The notes: generated by a model from the sequence alone, not told the origin. DNA of 64,000 bases from Lingula anatina (GCA_051362555.1 CM120642.1:6572001-6636000), one strand, 5' to 3'; positions 26,501-42,558 are shown, counted from the stretch's first letter. Made by a program: numbers and translations.

Positions 26501-29500
26501 GCACGAAGTCCACACAAAGCATCATTTCAAGAAAAAATTCTTACCACAATAACATGGTCTGTCACTATTTTTAGAGTGCTCTAATAGTTCCTCTTGTCTG
26601 GCCCAAATAAAGGTGGTTGCGTGGTCGGAAAATAACGTTCATTTTAGGCAAAAAAATGTCATGCATCTCTTTGTCATGTTAACCCCCACACAAACGCACC
26701 CGCACAAACACACACACACACGCCTACAATATACTATGCAAGCATGTTATTTAATTGTGCCGCCCGTGGAAGACCTACTCTTGACTAGAAGAGAAAAAGA
26801 GGCTCTTGTGTACTGGGAGAAAGAAAAGGGCTAACACTTTATAAAGATCGCCCAAAAATTTTTCTACACTCCATAATGCTTATGTAACTTATATAGCTCA
26901 GACTGTTTCTAATGGCCATACAATAAAATTACCATAATCGGAGTTTAATTACCAGGTGGTACATTTCAATTGAATACCCTTATGTATTGTCCGAGTACCT
27001 ATATCTAAGTTACGGTATACATATTATCCTCGTAGAAAACAAAATAGGCTTATTCATCACCATTAAATATCCATTTTGTTCCATTTTGGAAAGCCATGCT
27101 CAATTTGTTACAGATGTTGGGGGGTGAGTTTCGCAGAATCGGCGATTCGTTTCCACGACCGTTTCCTCGACAGTTGGTCATTAATGTGTTCTCTATTTCC
27201 GCTAGGATTGATTATGTTCTCAATCCATTCTTATTTCCTTAGATGTGGGTCACAGGATGTATTATCTTTTTCTAGGAGATCATTGGCTTAGATGCACTAG
27301 TCAAACGATTTCTTAGGATACACTAAATGAATTTGGCTGGCGTTACAAATAAGCTACTCAAACGGACACACGCTGCCTGTGATTTGACGAAATATTGTTA
27401 ATAACTAGATAAATTACCATCAGATATATCCTTCCAAGCGTCATTTATGAGAGCGAACCGAATTGTGGGAACAGGTACAATACAGAAACAAAATTAATCT
27501 TTGCGTTTTGTCGGATCGCGAAATTATAACCTTCAAATCATGTTGTCATGAACCCCTGTGAATGTTCAATCTTATATAAAGGCAATAGACGTATCTTTTT
27601 CCTGAATCAGCGGAAATAACACATCGATAGACTTATAGTATGGATATTTTTCTTTCCCCCGAAGAACTTCTTGGCAACACTGCAGGAAAGCGGAAATGGC
27701 TTATCTTTCGATATCCCCAAATTGGTACCGACAGAACATTACATGGATTACTTCAGAATTATTGAAAGCCGTCATGGTTTTTGCAATGACATGTCAAACC
27801 CTATGTCTACATGTATATTCACGACTATACACAAATTTCTTAACTGGTGAGACACGCTTGTCACAGCGTTGAAATAATTTCAATCGTGACTTTGGCAACA
27901 GGCATACATTTAGTTCAGATGAAAACCCGATGGCGTACTACGACTAGACCGGTTGGAGACACTGATGTGTCGTCCTCATTTGGTGATGGCAATTTCAATT
28001 GGAGAGCACGAATGTCAGGACGTTACAATATCAATTACATGTATAATCAAAATCTCAATATCAAGTTTATCTTAACTCTCTTTGGCGACCATCCCTGTCG
28101 GTAGTGTCTCCTCAGAAGCTTTCAGAATCAAACATAACCACCGCCACATGCGTCATATTTTGACAAAGTAATATCATAGTTAATAATATACTAAACACCA
28201 TTCAACAGCCTTCAGCCGGTACTGTACCAGTGTTGTGAATATACCGTGTACAGTCAACCGCCATTTGTGCCATTAGAAGAAATCATCAAAAAGTAAACAT
28301 GCTCATGATCGCATAATTTATCATAACGAAACCCCATGGCAATAGACGGATTCAGTTCAGGATAACTTATATACATTCACCCCGGCCTCCTGTTGTTTAG
28401 AAGAACTTGGGGAGGTACATGTAGCAGAACCAACGCAGCGTCTTTCAGAAACCAAACGTCGGAAGCTTAAGAGCTCGGTAGTGTTTTTTAAAAGGTAATA
28501 TCAAACCGCATTAAATAACCATTATCATTTATTTCCACTCCAGTGGGATTTTGGCTAAAGTTCGACAAATATGTTCCGAGAGATTACTAAGAGATATGGC
28601 ATGCATTTTCAATGTCGATTTCTTCAGTACAAGTAGGACAGAATCAAGTTAACCCATTGTTTATGACGTACGGTTCAATCTGACGTCAATCCTGTCGCCG
28701 GTTACTGTTGGAAGTAGATGCTCCCCATAAACTGTGTGTAGTCATTTTAATGCAGCTTAAACGGTGGCAGGAGAATGTGACAATTAAAGTAAAAGACGTA
28801 AAGATAGAATGTTAAACGGACATCATACGAGACCGTCATAGCGCTATGTGTTTTTATATCTTTTTTAAATATCCTGTCCGTATGCCCAATTACACGCTGC
28901 ATACTGTTACAGTAATGTTATTACTGCTCACTGTTCAAAACTAAATTTCAGGGAACGAATATCTTATCTTATCGTTCAATTAGCATTCAGATTTGATGAA
29001 TTTTAAAATTGACTGATAACCACCTTCCCCCCTCCCCCCCCCAAAAAAAAAAAAAACGATATCAAAATTACAAATAGAGTGATATGTTTAGGTTCGCCGA
29101 GGACAAGGGAAATGTTCCGTATCAGGGTATTCAAAAGCGGCCAAATATCATCGGAGCAAAATAGGAAATCATTTTTTGCATACTAAGACATCAAAGAGAT
29201 TGGAATTGGTTTTTACTTAAAGCATAATTTCAATCAAGCGAAGCACTAATTTAATCGAGAACACTTTTGATCATGAAATTGCACGCCGACTAGCATTTGC
29301 CTTGACAGGCTCAGAGACATTTCTAAAGTAATGAACTACAAGGACAATATCAAAAGCTGAATGCGTAGTAAACCTGGTTTGTAATCTGGCACCAGAAAAT
29401 GTGCACCTGAATACTTTGCTGCAATTGCTTATTTTACACTAAAATACCAATTTAGACAACATTCAATCTGGCAATGTGTACAAAATATTTTATGTTCAAC

Positions 29501-29585
29501 AAACACGACATAACAATATTTTCACGTTTAGACAAGCGGTCTTTTTTTCTTCTGCTATCTGTAACAACACATGGCAGGTTTTTTA

Positions 29586-29586
<1 letters not shown>

Positions 29587-29618
<32 letters not shown>

Positions 29619-29692
29619 GAACAATAACAACAACTGTCACCAGAACATCGTGTCCAGCATATTGTGTCTCCAAGTCATGAATACCGACTCGT

Positions 29693-29766
<74 letters not shown>

Positions 29767-29772
29767 AGACAT

Positions 29773-29809
<37 letters not shown>

Positions 29810-29822
29810 AAAGACACACACA
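29587..29822. repeat. Microsatellite cluster (ACA)n, (CT)n, (CA)n
   Basis: Directly visible; source of several spurious ORFs. Confidence 0.95.
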
Positions 29823-32800
29823 CGAGTGTTGTACCGTCTTTGACCACAATTATGAACGCAATAAATGACACCATGCAGTCGGTCTTTCAGCGGATACATT
29901 ACAATAAGCACAATATGAATGCTCGATGCGTAACGCCTGGGATTAATTTTCCCCTATTTTCCAGTCATCATCCTTTTGTCTAATGTAGCGGCAGATTGAT
30001 AGCGTTAATTAGTCGTCGGTATTACGTTGCTTTACGCCAATTGTCGGGGTAGCGTTAATTATTCTCTGATTCACTATCATTTAGATGGAGTCAAGTCACT
30101 CAAAGCCACTATACTGAAGGTGGGTGTTTGTTGAGATTCACCAGTACATAGCTCAATCAAGACTCAACTGATTCTGCATAACTTAAAGGTATCCTATCCA
30201 TATTTTCCAGCCAAACATAATTTCCCCCGAAAAATAAACAGGTTTCGAATCATCGCTAGTCCCTGCTCTTGGATTTACTCTAAATTTACAACTGAATAAC
30301 TTCTAAATACTGGCGAGTCACTTGGACCACATGTACATTTCAAAAGGAAATATCGGAATCAGGTACATGTATTTTTATTTGAGGGGGTTTATCATTTTAA
30401 GGCCTGAATTGTGAAAGAGAGGTATTTTGCAAGAAATACTCAGAAAATACGACTTTGTGGTATTTACAAACGCGGATAATACGCCTTTGATGATAAAAAT
30501 ACTAGTGTACAATTATAAATAAACCTGACAAATATTTTCGATACAACCAAATGGGACAAATTAACACATGCTAATTCTGTCCAATATCAATATAAGGTAA
30601 TTTTGAACTCCGTCCTGTAATTAGATGATTTTCTCTCACTTAGAAACCAAACAATCACTGATAAAAATAATAATGGAAACTGACAGAGAATAGCTTCGCA
30701 GGAATATTAACAGCATGAAATGTTTTCCACGACATGCAAAATGTTATAGAACATCACCTTGGGGTCCTTGGAAATTAAGTTATAGGCAACCTATACGGTT
30801 TGAATAATTGTTTTACTAAAGCCGTATGTGGAGTGAGGTGAAATGAACACCCTAATTTGTCATTTCCCCTGATGTGAGACGAACTGATCTCACGGGTTCC
30901 CAGAAATTGAAAAATTATCTTCATTAGCGTTCTGGGGATCGGTTTCTGAGAAAGAGCAGCCAAATTCAACGTTGGGATTTTATATTTTTTTCACATAAAC
31001 GAAAACCGTTAAAACGATTACTCGGAAATAGTTGACACAATACTGTATATCTTTTGAAACTAATTGTAGCAGGCCTTGACCCCTTCGATCAAGGAGTTAC
31101 TCCTTGCTTCGATGAACAGGAAAAACGGGTCTATGGAAGATGTCTTCAAAGTAAAGTAGCACAATGTTGGGATAGAATTGTTCAAATATCTGTCAAATAA
31201 AACCATAAGCCATATATAGAAAGGCATTTATCAATATTGACATGAACTCTTTCTATGCCCCCACCCCATTTCTGTATATAACTACAGGGTAAGACCGTGT
31301 TCGTGGCAGAAACTACGGGGTACATGTGTACCCCGGTAGGTGGGCGATTTACAGAACACGAAATAGCGTGAATTCTTTATAATGAAGCAGCGGATTACAT
31401 GTGCATATCTTAAGCAAAACGAAATAACATCGTACGATTGTCGCTAATCTCATTTGTCAGGAACCAACGTAAAGCTGATTTTAATCTTAACTTCGTTATC
31501 TCGGAGAAAGGTTAAGGAAATTAAAACGAACGAGCTGACGTCTTCTTCTTGTGTTATACGCACTGGAACTATGCCTTCATAGCAAACGGCCGCACATTGC
31601 GAAACACACTGACGAAAACCCAAACACTCAATATAATTAGATACATGCCTCGCGGCATTGATTTCCTATAAAAAAGGATATCAAAGTGCGTATAGTTTCT
31701 TCTGAATGTTTTTAACAATGCAAGAGGCAAATAACAAAAGACCCTTGTACATGATTTGTTTTTGAAGGCATGTGGACTTTTTAGACAATCACACTGCAAG
31801 CGGAGTTTGACCCTTGTCTAAAACTCTTAACCTCATGTGAATTAAACTCATTGCCAGGAAAAACACTTGGAATCGTCCCAATTGAAAATCATTAATGTGT
31901 TTTGAATACGCTTGACATGGCTGCCTTTCCAACCAATTCCCGCGCTGTTACATAACACACAATTGCTCATCACGCCGAGTATCGCACTGCGGAAAACGAT
32001 TATCGGTAAACAAAGGGCATTTGTCTACAATTACGTTTTTCATTCATTTATCCTGCGAATACAGACTGCTCAATCACAGGTCCACTGGGGCTTCACTTGT
32101 GTAACAGGTTAATCAAGTTGCTTCAATGAAAAGTAATGTACGATGCGGTTCCTGTTCAACTCCCAAGCGATTTTGTAATTTCCTTGTATCTCGATATTGA
32201 ACAACGATGGACTGTTAATGATAGGTGACGTGGAGTCAAACAGCACAGAGCTCATTGCAGTAATTTTGTTAGATTAAGCACCGTGAAGAAATCGTCTTCG
32301 GATATCTTTTGAATTGTACAGAGACTACAAAAAGATATAAATTTGCGGGGAGGGAAGGGGACAATTTTTTTTGAATGACACGAGTTCGGCCAAACTATCT
32401 GTGCTCTAAGTAAAGAATACGTTAATTCCCATACACTGTACTGTTATAGCCGGTTTTGGTTGCGGTTTTGGATTCAAACACATTTCAGTTTAGAGTGACT
32501 TGAAACCAAAATTGGCTTTTACCATAGTGTTTATTGTATCGAAGCACCAAGTTAAAGCGTCACCTTGGGGAAAAAAAGTACAGGTCCAAATGCTAAATTC
32601 TGTGCTTTGGATGTACATTTTCTCTCATTTTGTAAAGATTGCAAAAAGATTTCAGAACACGCTCAAATATGATTATTATCGATTGACACCATGCAAAGTC
32701 ACTCTTTACCTCTTTTATTTTCTCACCTCCAAACGTATTTAAGCAGCAGAAATAATTAGAAAATTGAAATGCAGCACGCATCAAGATACATTTCCTTCGT

Positions 32801-33334
32801 TCAACCGCTTAGACTTATTGGAAATTCTCAGAAAAACAAATTAACTTGTAAAGAAAAAGGGGGAGAAAAGAGAGAAATGTCTGTTATCGGAGTTCTTTTA
32901 CATGTTTCTCTTCTGATTAACTTAAACATAAGAGCAACAACAGCCAAGGTCCTAGTACGAAGTCACAGAAAACTGGATGAATCAGGTTTACTACACGAAA
33001 AAACGCCCGTAAGATGTGTTTTTGGTGGGAGTGCAAAGCTGGCAAAAATAACATGTACAAGTACATGTACAAGTACAAGTGTACATGTACAAGTGTAGTC
33101 CACAAAAGTTATATTCAAGCAGGGTACAGGTGAAATACGGATACGGAATGAAAAGTACCAAAAAAAAGATATTACATGTATAAAAGATATTCCATGTATA
33201 AATATGTAGGCCCTGCTGGAAGCATGGAATGTCTACATTATTGAAAAAACGATAAAATGCATTCTTTGCAATTCATCCGCTCACGAGCCGTGGCACGCCA
33301 TGTTGTATACAGTGCTCAGTTTGATTTTTCTGTC

Positions 33335-33513
33335 CAGGCCCGTAGCCAGCAATTTCAAAGGGGGGGGGGGCTTTTTCTGAAAAAGTGGACCTTTTACCAT
33401 ATAATCCCCATGTACCTAGGTCAAATTTTACCCAGAGTGGACCTTTTTCTAGCAAAAAGGGGGGTTCTTTCGAACCCTCTCACCCCCCCCCCCCCCCCCC
33501 GGCTACGGGCCTG
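33335..33513. mobile_element. hAT-like MITE with 5-bp TSD (CTGTC)
   Basis: Perfect 13-bp TIR CAGGCCCGTAGCC, G/C-run subtermini, CTGTC on both flanks. Confidence 0.85.
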
Positions 33514-35725
33514 CTGTCGAACACTGGAATTGCACTGTCTATTGTACTGATTTTACTGCCGAATGACAAACAAATAGCCAATGCTGATGAAAGAAAATAA
33601 TGAAAATAAAAGCACCTCTGTTCCCAACTAAAGACCCTGGACAAGTGCCCCTTTTGAATGGTGTAAAACTTTGATAAAAGTCGGTGCATCAGAGAAGAAA
33701 AGCATTCGTTGCCACTGATGAACAACGTTTGTCTCAATCGGCACATTTGCTATGTGCACCTCAACAACCGCAATGCGGTTTCATTCATGTGTCATGGTTC
33801 TCATAACCAGGGATTCTCATTGATTGGTAATGAATTGGTAATGGATTCTTGTTATCGACCGTAATGAACTGTCGACTGTCCTATAACAGATCACAGTAGA
33901 TTGAGAAGCATATTTCATAGTCTAAACCGTCCCATTTGTCTAACTTCATCATAATTAATGATTCTGTGAATCTTCTCCGAACCTCGAAATACGAGGCCAA
34001 ATGCACTGAAGGCGAGGTTCCTTCGATGTGCTTTTATTTACACAATAACAAGCAAGGACAGGAGAAACTGTAAACAATATTTGGCTTGAATCGAAATGAA
34101 AATAAACAAAATTGCAGGCCTTTAACCAACTGCAGAAAACCCAATTTAACTTTGGCGCAACAAAACAAGGCAACAGTGGTTTTGAATTATGCACAATTTA
34201 GTGAACCACATACAACAAGAGAAACACAATACAAGCGAGAATTACATTTGTGAATTTGGCAAGAGCAAGAAAAGTAAACATTTTGAATTAACCGCTGTTT
34301 CAAGGACATCCGCTCAAAACATTTTGAACGTTTAAGAAAATGAGAAATCGCGGCGTTCACATATTTAGCAGGCGACATTGGAGGAATGCATTAGGGCCAA
34401 TGCGATATTTTGTATTACAGTTTCACAGCATTACATGCTTCTCATTAAACAAAACAATCTTTCTCGGTGCAGCAAAGGGCAATTTCATAGGCGATAAATC
34501 ACGTCGCCAATATAGCGATATATGGTGATTTATTTCAATGTCAAAATGTCACGATTTGTACAAAGAAATCGGCAGCTCACGGTCGCGGTTTAGTACATCT
34601 ATTGAGTATCACTATATTTTCAACACGCACTTGCATTGTTGGACAATGTGCTTTCAAACATAAAACCTCACACGTGTCCTCCATGAAAAATTATCATAAA
34701 ACTCCGGTTAACATCCACTTACAGTAAAGAATGGGTGTTTGTAGGAGAAATTAGAGAGATCTCTTTTTTGGTGCACGCTTATAAGCATGTGCGTTTTTTC
34801 TTTCTTTTTTTTTTTTACAAAACGTGCTAGTGGCATTGTCTGCTTTAAGCAAAAGACAAAACAGCAAAATGATTTGTAAAAAGGTTTTGGTAACTTTTAA
34901 CTACATGCAAATTTACATATCATTTGTATTCGTACATGATAATACATTAGCTATTGAGTCAGTGAATGATTCTTCATCTCTTATCTGTTATTGCCAATAG
35001 TTCCACATGATGGATCTCTCTTAAAGACGCACAGGAAAAATACCAGTGAGAATAAAAAAAAGCTCTGGGAGGTTTATTGAGACAAAATTGCGATAAGCAA
35101 TCATGATTCAGTCTTAAATCGCTCCTCTGGGAACCGCTACCCAAGACGATATGAATATTCTGAGAATCGCCGATGAAGCTGGTGCATCCACAGCATTTCC
35201 TTTTTATGCGTTGAATGATGATCGGCGACTGGTATCGACTTTTAGGGTTAAAGGAAGAAAGTGATGCCTGGCTGTAATCTCCAATTTCCACGAATATCTG
35301 GTGTAAATTGATTTCGTATTGTTATTACTCTTGTAACCACGTTATGGTTTACAAAGACAAATTACGAGTGTTAGATTAAATTAAACACAGAATCTTTATT
35401 CTGGTCGTTATGGCATTTAATGTTGACGCGATAAAAAGCCGGAATCCCTGTCCTCATAAGTAACCTCGACTGATCCCTGTTGAAAAACGAACGACATAAT
35501 ATATCCTAACCCCCTCCCTGCTTCTCACTTTCTAACAGCATTTCCTCATGTACACAACTACGGGTCACATTTCTACTTTCACCTTAGCGTATTTGCGGTC
35601 GTTGTTGCGTTTGGTTTAAACGATGACTTAGATCACAGGCCAATTTCTTGAAAAAAGGAAAGAAAGGTGATTTTTCTTTAATATGTAATTTTGCATGTTC
35701 GCGAATTCAAGCTGCCACAAGGATT

Positions 35726-35731
<6 letters not shown>

Positions 35732-35765
<34 letters not shown>

Positions 35766-35767
35766 GG

Positions 35768-35810
<43 letters not shown>

Positions 35811-35823
35811 GGGGAGAGAGAGA
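35732..35823. repeat. Interrupted (GA)n microsatellite
   Basis: Directly visible. Confidence 0.95.
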
Positions 35824-36277
35824 TGGGTACAGTGATTTTTAGAGAATGCAATTATTTTCAGTTGCTAATCGAGATTTTTGACATGAAAATGTGTTTGAGT
35901 GAAATCAGTACACTACGTCTCAAACGGAAACATCATTGAGCATTTTAGGGACACCTCTCTGCACAAATCAACAGTGCAGCCTTCCACTTCATGACCAATT
36001 AAAGAGATGACAGGGAAGCCATTTCATCCTGGTGAAACTCAATTTTAGGCACTTGTCTATAATTGCACAGCATATGCCATTATGAAATGCGGGTAAAACT
36101 TGAAGCGCCACATAAATGTTTTTCTTTTCAAGGTTAAATTATGTGCACTGGAAACAGTCGCATCTACCATTCAATGTGTTATACCATTAAAACCAACAAC
36201 ACAGAACAGGAATTAGGTATGCGGAATAAATACTTGTCAGAAGAACTCTTATCGACGTTGATGTCCATAGAATTGTA

Positions 36278-36322
<45 letters not shown>

Positions 36323-37063
36323 CTATCAGCAGAATCAAAGGAAGAATAATCGGCTTTTCCCTGGAGTGTCATCTCAATGGTTAACCGCAGTACTGCATAG
36401 CAACTTGGTTGACACCTTTCACAAAGCCCGTACAAACCGCCATTATTGTAACAGTTCCCACTAAAAAAACTCTAATAATCGCATGAAACAGTAGTCATAA
36501 AAACGCTCTATATGGTTACAACACGGTAATATTTGTAGCAATCTGTATCTAATACAACAGAGTGCCAATTTTCCATCTTCTACAAGCAATTTTTCAGTCT
36601 CTAATCACTTCATTTTTATCCATGCGGATCACTACGCTCACAAGGCGCTAAATATTGCAACAGAAAAAAGATTGCGGCAGATCAATGACGTAAAGTGAAG
36701 CAAAAGCTATCCATCTTTTGATCTGCGAAAAACAATTACTGGCATCATCCGCTCTACTAGACTAAACAAAAAGCACCGTCCCATCCCATAACAAACAATG
36801 GATAACACGTGTATTGAAAACTACACTGTGTTAGCATTTGATAAGGTAGCAAAAGCTCGCAAAATAAAAACACAAAAATCGTATTCAATTTCAGCATAAC
36901 TGTGTTGATTTCAATATTAATTTCTTGCATTTAAAATGAATTATTTATGCCTGTCTCAATTTGTTAATCTCTTTAAGTGCACCTCTGATTAATGTTATTG
37001 GATGGTCATTTGAAAGGAGGAGGAAGAAATGTGTTGAAAGGCCTGGGCTGCATTTTAAGCCAG

Positions 37064-37282
37064 GTCCCGTTTTCACAAAAAAAAAAAAAATAATAATAAT
37101 AAAATAAAATAAAAAAATCTTAAGTCAGGTTTCCTGTCTAAGAACTTAATTACCAAGGTAACATGGTCACATGGGCACATCCCACCCTATCACCCACAGT
37201 GTTACAGCACTCTCATTGAAATCGTAGGCAGCTAAGCCAGGAAACTGACTTAAGTTTTTTTTTTTTTTTGTAAAACTGGGAC
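37064..37282. mobile_element. Harbinger-like MITE (copy 1)
   Basis: Ends GTCCCGTTTTCACAAA..cttaagtcag and ctgacttaag..TTTGTAAAACTGGGAC; flanked by CAG on both sides. Confidence 0.75.
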
Positions 37283-38867
37283 CAGGTGCCATGTACCCCA
37301 GAACTCTCGATCCAAAGAAAACATAAATATAGAATAAAACTGATGAAAGAGAAATGCATAGTCTACATATCGCTTCTGACATTCCGATGTTTTTGAATAG
37401 AGCTAAGCTCAATTTATAAATACTATGTGTATAGTCAATGTCGGCGATATAGTTAAATAATACTATTTCATTAAATAATATTTAAAAAAATTAAAGCACA
37501 CATAAGATAAAGTACGGCAGTGAAGACACCTGCACCCAAACGCATGAGGAAATAGAATATGTGTTCAAAGCACTCTGTTTTCATAGAACTGCCAGGCGTT
37601 CCTCACTAATGTATAGAGAGACTCGATTAAGCTGGTTAGTTCTGAATAGAACGTGTTATTTTTCTTCCATTAATTTTGTACTTTTAACCTTCCGGTAGCC
37701 AGTGATGTGAATACCACCCTGACTACAGAAGGTCAAGACAATGGTTTGGGATTTGATCGAAAGAAAAGTCACCTTCAAAACTACTCCAGAAAGCAGGGCA
37801 AACAATTTGCCATATACAGGTATATATTTGTTTGTGTATATAAAAAGAAGAGAAGGCTATCGTCTTTAGAATTTCCTGATTTCCTTTGATATTACTAGCA
37901 ACTATCTCATAGTCAAGTAGATCCAGGAAAAAATGAATGTTTGAAATATTTTTTAAAATGTGTAAATTTAAATCGTAAATGATAAAGATATTCTTTAAAT
38001 TCAAGCCAACATAGAACACTATTCGGGATTTAACGAGGTAAAACGAAGTGAAATGTGACCTAAAATTCAGGACGTCCGTGCTGTAAACTGATCTTACCAT
38101 TAAGTTCTTAGATTACCTAGAATGTGAACGTTTGCACCGATGTTGACCTTATAACCGCGGTATATCGGGCTAACGATGCCACCACAACCGCAGCACTCCC
38201 GATCCGCGGTTTTCTTGCCACCACTTACAAAAGCCCTTACTCCACAGTGCATAAGTACCTACATGTATATAAACTCACCACCGATATATCATGTATATTT
38301 AATTAACGGCGGTCTTTCTCGTCAAACCTTATAGCCTACGATGGCTAAGTATGTGCTTTGCACTCGTTATTGCGTATGAGATAGGTTTTGTTTAATATTA
38401 TTGCATTTCTGCCGCTGAGATCGTATTTTGGCTTGCTTGTATACCAAGTACCAGTACATTAATAAAGGCGCTTTACAATAGGTACTCAGAAGGGAACGGG
38501 TTTCATTAAAATACATTCAGGGACGAGTCGCCTAGCTTTAATTAGTTTTGAAATAATGCTCTCCGAGACTTCATTTATTCAGTATTCACTTATTTGTCTT
38601 TGGACTACTTATTATTGTTATGGCTGTTATTCTATTTTCTATGCTGCTTTCTCGATACATAACTTCTCTGAGGCTATATTGCCATAACATGGCATCAACG
38701 TCCAAGGCTATTTTCTCTATTAGGGTGCATTCTATTTGTGGAAACGTTTGGAGCAATTCTGACGAGGTTTTCAGTAAAGTGGAACGGTTCAGAATATTTG
38801 ACATAAAATACAACATTTTATAACAGAAGAAATTATTTTATCTACCGGTACTTGTGTGCTTGCGTGA

Positions 38868-38910
<43 letters not shown>

Positions 38911-41058
38911 CGAGTATTCTACCCGAGTACCAGTAGCCTACCAGTACAAATAGACATAAGCAAAAAGCCATTCAAACAGACAATAATATCTCTATCGACG
39001 TGCATATATTACTTGCCTACTGAGAAACAAACACACCTGCTGGTTTGCAAATTAGCCAATACAAATTTCAACAGCTTAATCCTCGACAAATCTTCCTTTG
39101 CTATTGCTACCAAGCTAGGTACATAACTATGTAAATAAAGATCAAAAGTCATTTTGCTTAAAAGTAAAATCGAACGCCCTCGAAAGAACAATGCCCATCA
39201 ATAAAAGGCAACAATGAAAGAAGCCGCAACGTGATGTACATGCGTATCACAGTACGACGCAAATAGCGAGAGGTTATGACACCGCCTTTTTATCGATAAA
39301 AGGAACTAACCGCAATACAAAGCAGTTGAAATGTGTCGCGACCCTTTGGATATTGTTTCGTCGCTGGATTTGTAAAGTTATGGATAAAACATTTTGTTTG
39401 TAGCTTTCAATCAATAAACAACCCGTCGCTTTACAGAGAAGCACAATTATTTTAAATATTGTTTTGCTGGTAAGACATACACAGGCGTCGAGACCAATGC
39501 TGGAGTTAATCGATGGACACCCCGGCTAACAACAAATCAGTTCAACCAGCTTACAGTCAAGGTTGAAATGAGTTCTGGCACTTTGTCGATGCACGTAAAT
39601 ACAACTGTGAATAAACATTTTAACACCGGTGCATCTGACTGCATGCTAAACCACTAAACCAGACTAATGCAGTAAAGCTATAGTGTTTCCTATTCTTCTG
39701 GTTTATGCGGGGTGACCTACATTTGCACTTCACAAAATTCAAAGTAATTTCCTTTGAAATAATCACATTAACATCACAAGTGTCATCGGAATAAGGCGTC
39801 ATTATCCTTTCTCAAACAACATATCAAATTGCCATTACAAACGGCCATTGTCAGAGTGAAAGAAAAACAGAATAACGGCGTACCTATAAATGAATCAGTG
39901 TAAAAAGGATAAAGTACACTCACAGAAAAAATGTTCTTGGCATCGACCAAACAGTCCCAATTTACTTTTCAACATGGTAGACGATTCAAGTGGCTCAAGG
40001 GAAACCCACTACACTATGTAGTTATAAAATAAACCTCTCCTCAGTGGCATTTGTCAATTACATTTAGATCTTTTTTTTTACAAAAACCAGCATAAAGAAT
40101 TTTACCAGTACATCAATTTGAGTTTTACCAGATTAAATCAAATGTTGGTGTAAACGTGCAACACGAGGAGGTTGAGTTAGCTAGAAAGGAGTAGGATCAA
40201 AAATAGCAAGAATGTGTGGGTGTGCATGTGTGTGGGGGGGAGGGGGAGGGGGGGGGGAAGGAGATGCATTTGTGAAGCTACTGACCAAAGGAGACTTGAC
40301 CTCACAACTAGATACAAAGAGAACACTTTTCGGGCATGCGTGCATTCAAAACAACATAATAAACCCGCAGTCCCATTTTCAGTAAATTGATTAATTTGTT
40401 TTAACTGCGTTTCTTTTTTAAACACAATTTACATGGTACACAGATCCCGACTAACTCCAGTAATAGAACACTTATTCACACAAACTTCAATATGGCCAGC
40501 TTGCGTGTGTATGTAGCGGACACTAATTGCTATTTGCTAAAGCAGAGTCAAATTACTTCAGCACTTTAAACAAAGGCTCCGCCAATTACCTGACTTATTA
40601 CAGAGTATCGGATTCAGGTAGACATAATTGGATTTGTAAGCTTAGATGTTCGTTGGGTTTGTTTTAAGCTTGGGTAGTCAACATATTGACACAGCTATTC
40701 AATTTTAGCTTATATGTAGTAACTGGCAATTAGATACATGTAGATGAGATTAGGGTATAATTCATAAAGGTACCCCGGAAGATTTTGTGACTGATCAGCG
40801 ACGCGTGCCGCATTCTAGAGGCGTTATGGTAATGATCGTGTGGGATTTCTGCTTTACTTGTTGCATCTTGTCTATGAAAGATCTGCAGTTAACAAATGCG
40901 AACTCAGGCAGGCTTTCATGCAAGTTTGCATGTAAGCACACACAGTCACATACGAACATGTGTGCAAGCTCACACACACGCAGAACACGCACGCACACAC
41001 ACATACTGCACAAATACTACAGGTACAAACACACACGCACGCGCGCGCCGCGCGCACA

Positions 41059-41107
<49 letters not shown>

Positions 41108-41318
41108 TATTTTAACTGCACAAAATGAAACCTGTGCAATCATCTCTGATAACCATGCTCGTCATAAAATATGAATTCAGTTGAACAATGGAATGGTAGA
41201 CATGTTTCAAGATTAAATCATAGAAATGAGTGAGCTTATACAACATGACACTGTATAAACCCGCATAAGACTAAATATAAGGTATATAGATGTGTATGTG
41301 CAGCCAAAAGAACCCTAC

Positions 41319-41518
41319 CTCCGAGTCAAGCGGACAGTTTGATGGACTGGATGGCTCATACCTCGCGTTTGGAGATTTGCCGGAAGGGAGGCGGTGGTTC
41401 GCGCCGCTATGTGTGAACCGCAAGCTTTCTTCCTCTGCTCGGAGCGTTTATCGCGGTACTTGATAACGTTGAAGGTGGCCCCTTCGTACGTGAACGCTCT
41501 GCTTCTTGAATCCGACAT
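41319..41518 (-). CDS. GARNL3: Candidate alternative first coding exon B (MSDSRSRAFTYEGATF...TVRLTR)
   Basis: GC/CpG-rich island in AT-rich DNA, 66 codons plus 2 nt, AG|gtaggg donor in phase 2. A possible acceptor (tttcatcag at 41522-41521) lies just upstream, so a further upstream exon may exist. Confidence 0.65.
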
Positions 41519-42508
41519 CACTGATGAAATTATACACAGGTGTCCTTAAATACGACAGTGTTGCTCCGTCTGTACTCTTAGCATACTGTTTCGCCGTAGA
41601 TTTACACTCACGTATAAAAAAAGCCCAGGTGTTTTGTATACAGTCGCACTTCCCTTTGAAGCCAATGTGTTTTGTTCTATAATCGACAGGTGGATAAGCA
41701 AAACCACCCGATTTTCCTATTGGATATGTGGATTTAATCGACGCCGGCGGCTTATTCCTTATTCTTAATTTACATGTACGTCGAAGCAGCACCAATTCGA
41801 GGCACGATGTTTGCCATAATATACCAGCATCAGCATCGACAAACCACGACTAACAGCTGAATCAAAGGTCACCTTGGGGTCAACAAGCGTGAAAAACGCA
41901 ATAATGTATCTCACATTTGGTTAAATAATAACGCTGCAGCAATGTTAACAAGGCCCGTTTACAACATGCTCTCGCATTACAGGCCAAGGCAACTCATTGC
42001 CGCAGATTCTAGCAGATCAGAGGCAATGTGTACACTCTCCTACCAGTATTTGTACATATACTGCACAATGTCATAGCAACCGCAGCGAAGGGCTTCTCCG
42101 AATACGATTGCAGGGATGAGGCGCGCCGCGGTTGGGACGAATTGCACTACCAATAAGCGATATTGCAATCATATAGCCGTTATGGTGTAAATAAGAGCCA
42201 TTATAAAAATGACACAGACAGTGGCAACGAAATGACCCCAGCTTCATCTATATTGGCAACGGTACTCTTATATAGTGCTGGTGAAACGAACACTGTATTT
42301 GCAGAAGGAATTAACTGTTTACTGAGGTGTCGAGGTTAATCTACATAGTGCTTCCCACAATTGTGTGGCAATTTAATATTTGAACGCGTTTGATGTTCAC
42401 AGCTCTTATCTCTTTATTTTATGTTTTTACTGGCTATTAAAATGCTGTCCATTTATTTTAAAGATTATGTATAATCTTTTTATCATGGAATGTTTGCTCT
42501 ACCTGGGC

Positions 42509-42556
<48 letters not shown>
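42509..42556. repeat. (TAT)n microsatellite
   Basis: Directly visible. Confidence 0.95.

Positions 42557-42558
<2 letters not shown>

Noticed and set aside
34974-35297. 105-aa minus-strand ORF with a possible acceptor and a phase-2 donor at 35044
   Set aside because: No ATG, a weak donor, no compatible phase-0 upstream exon and no recognisable protein.
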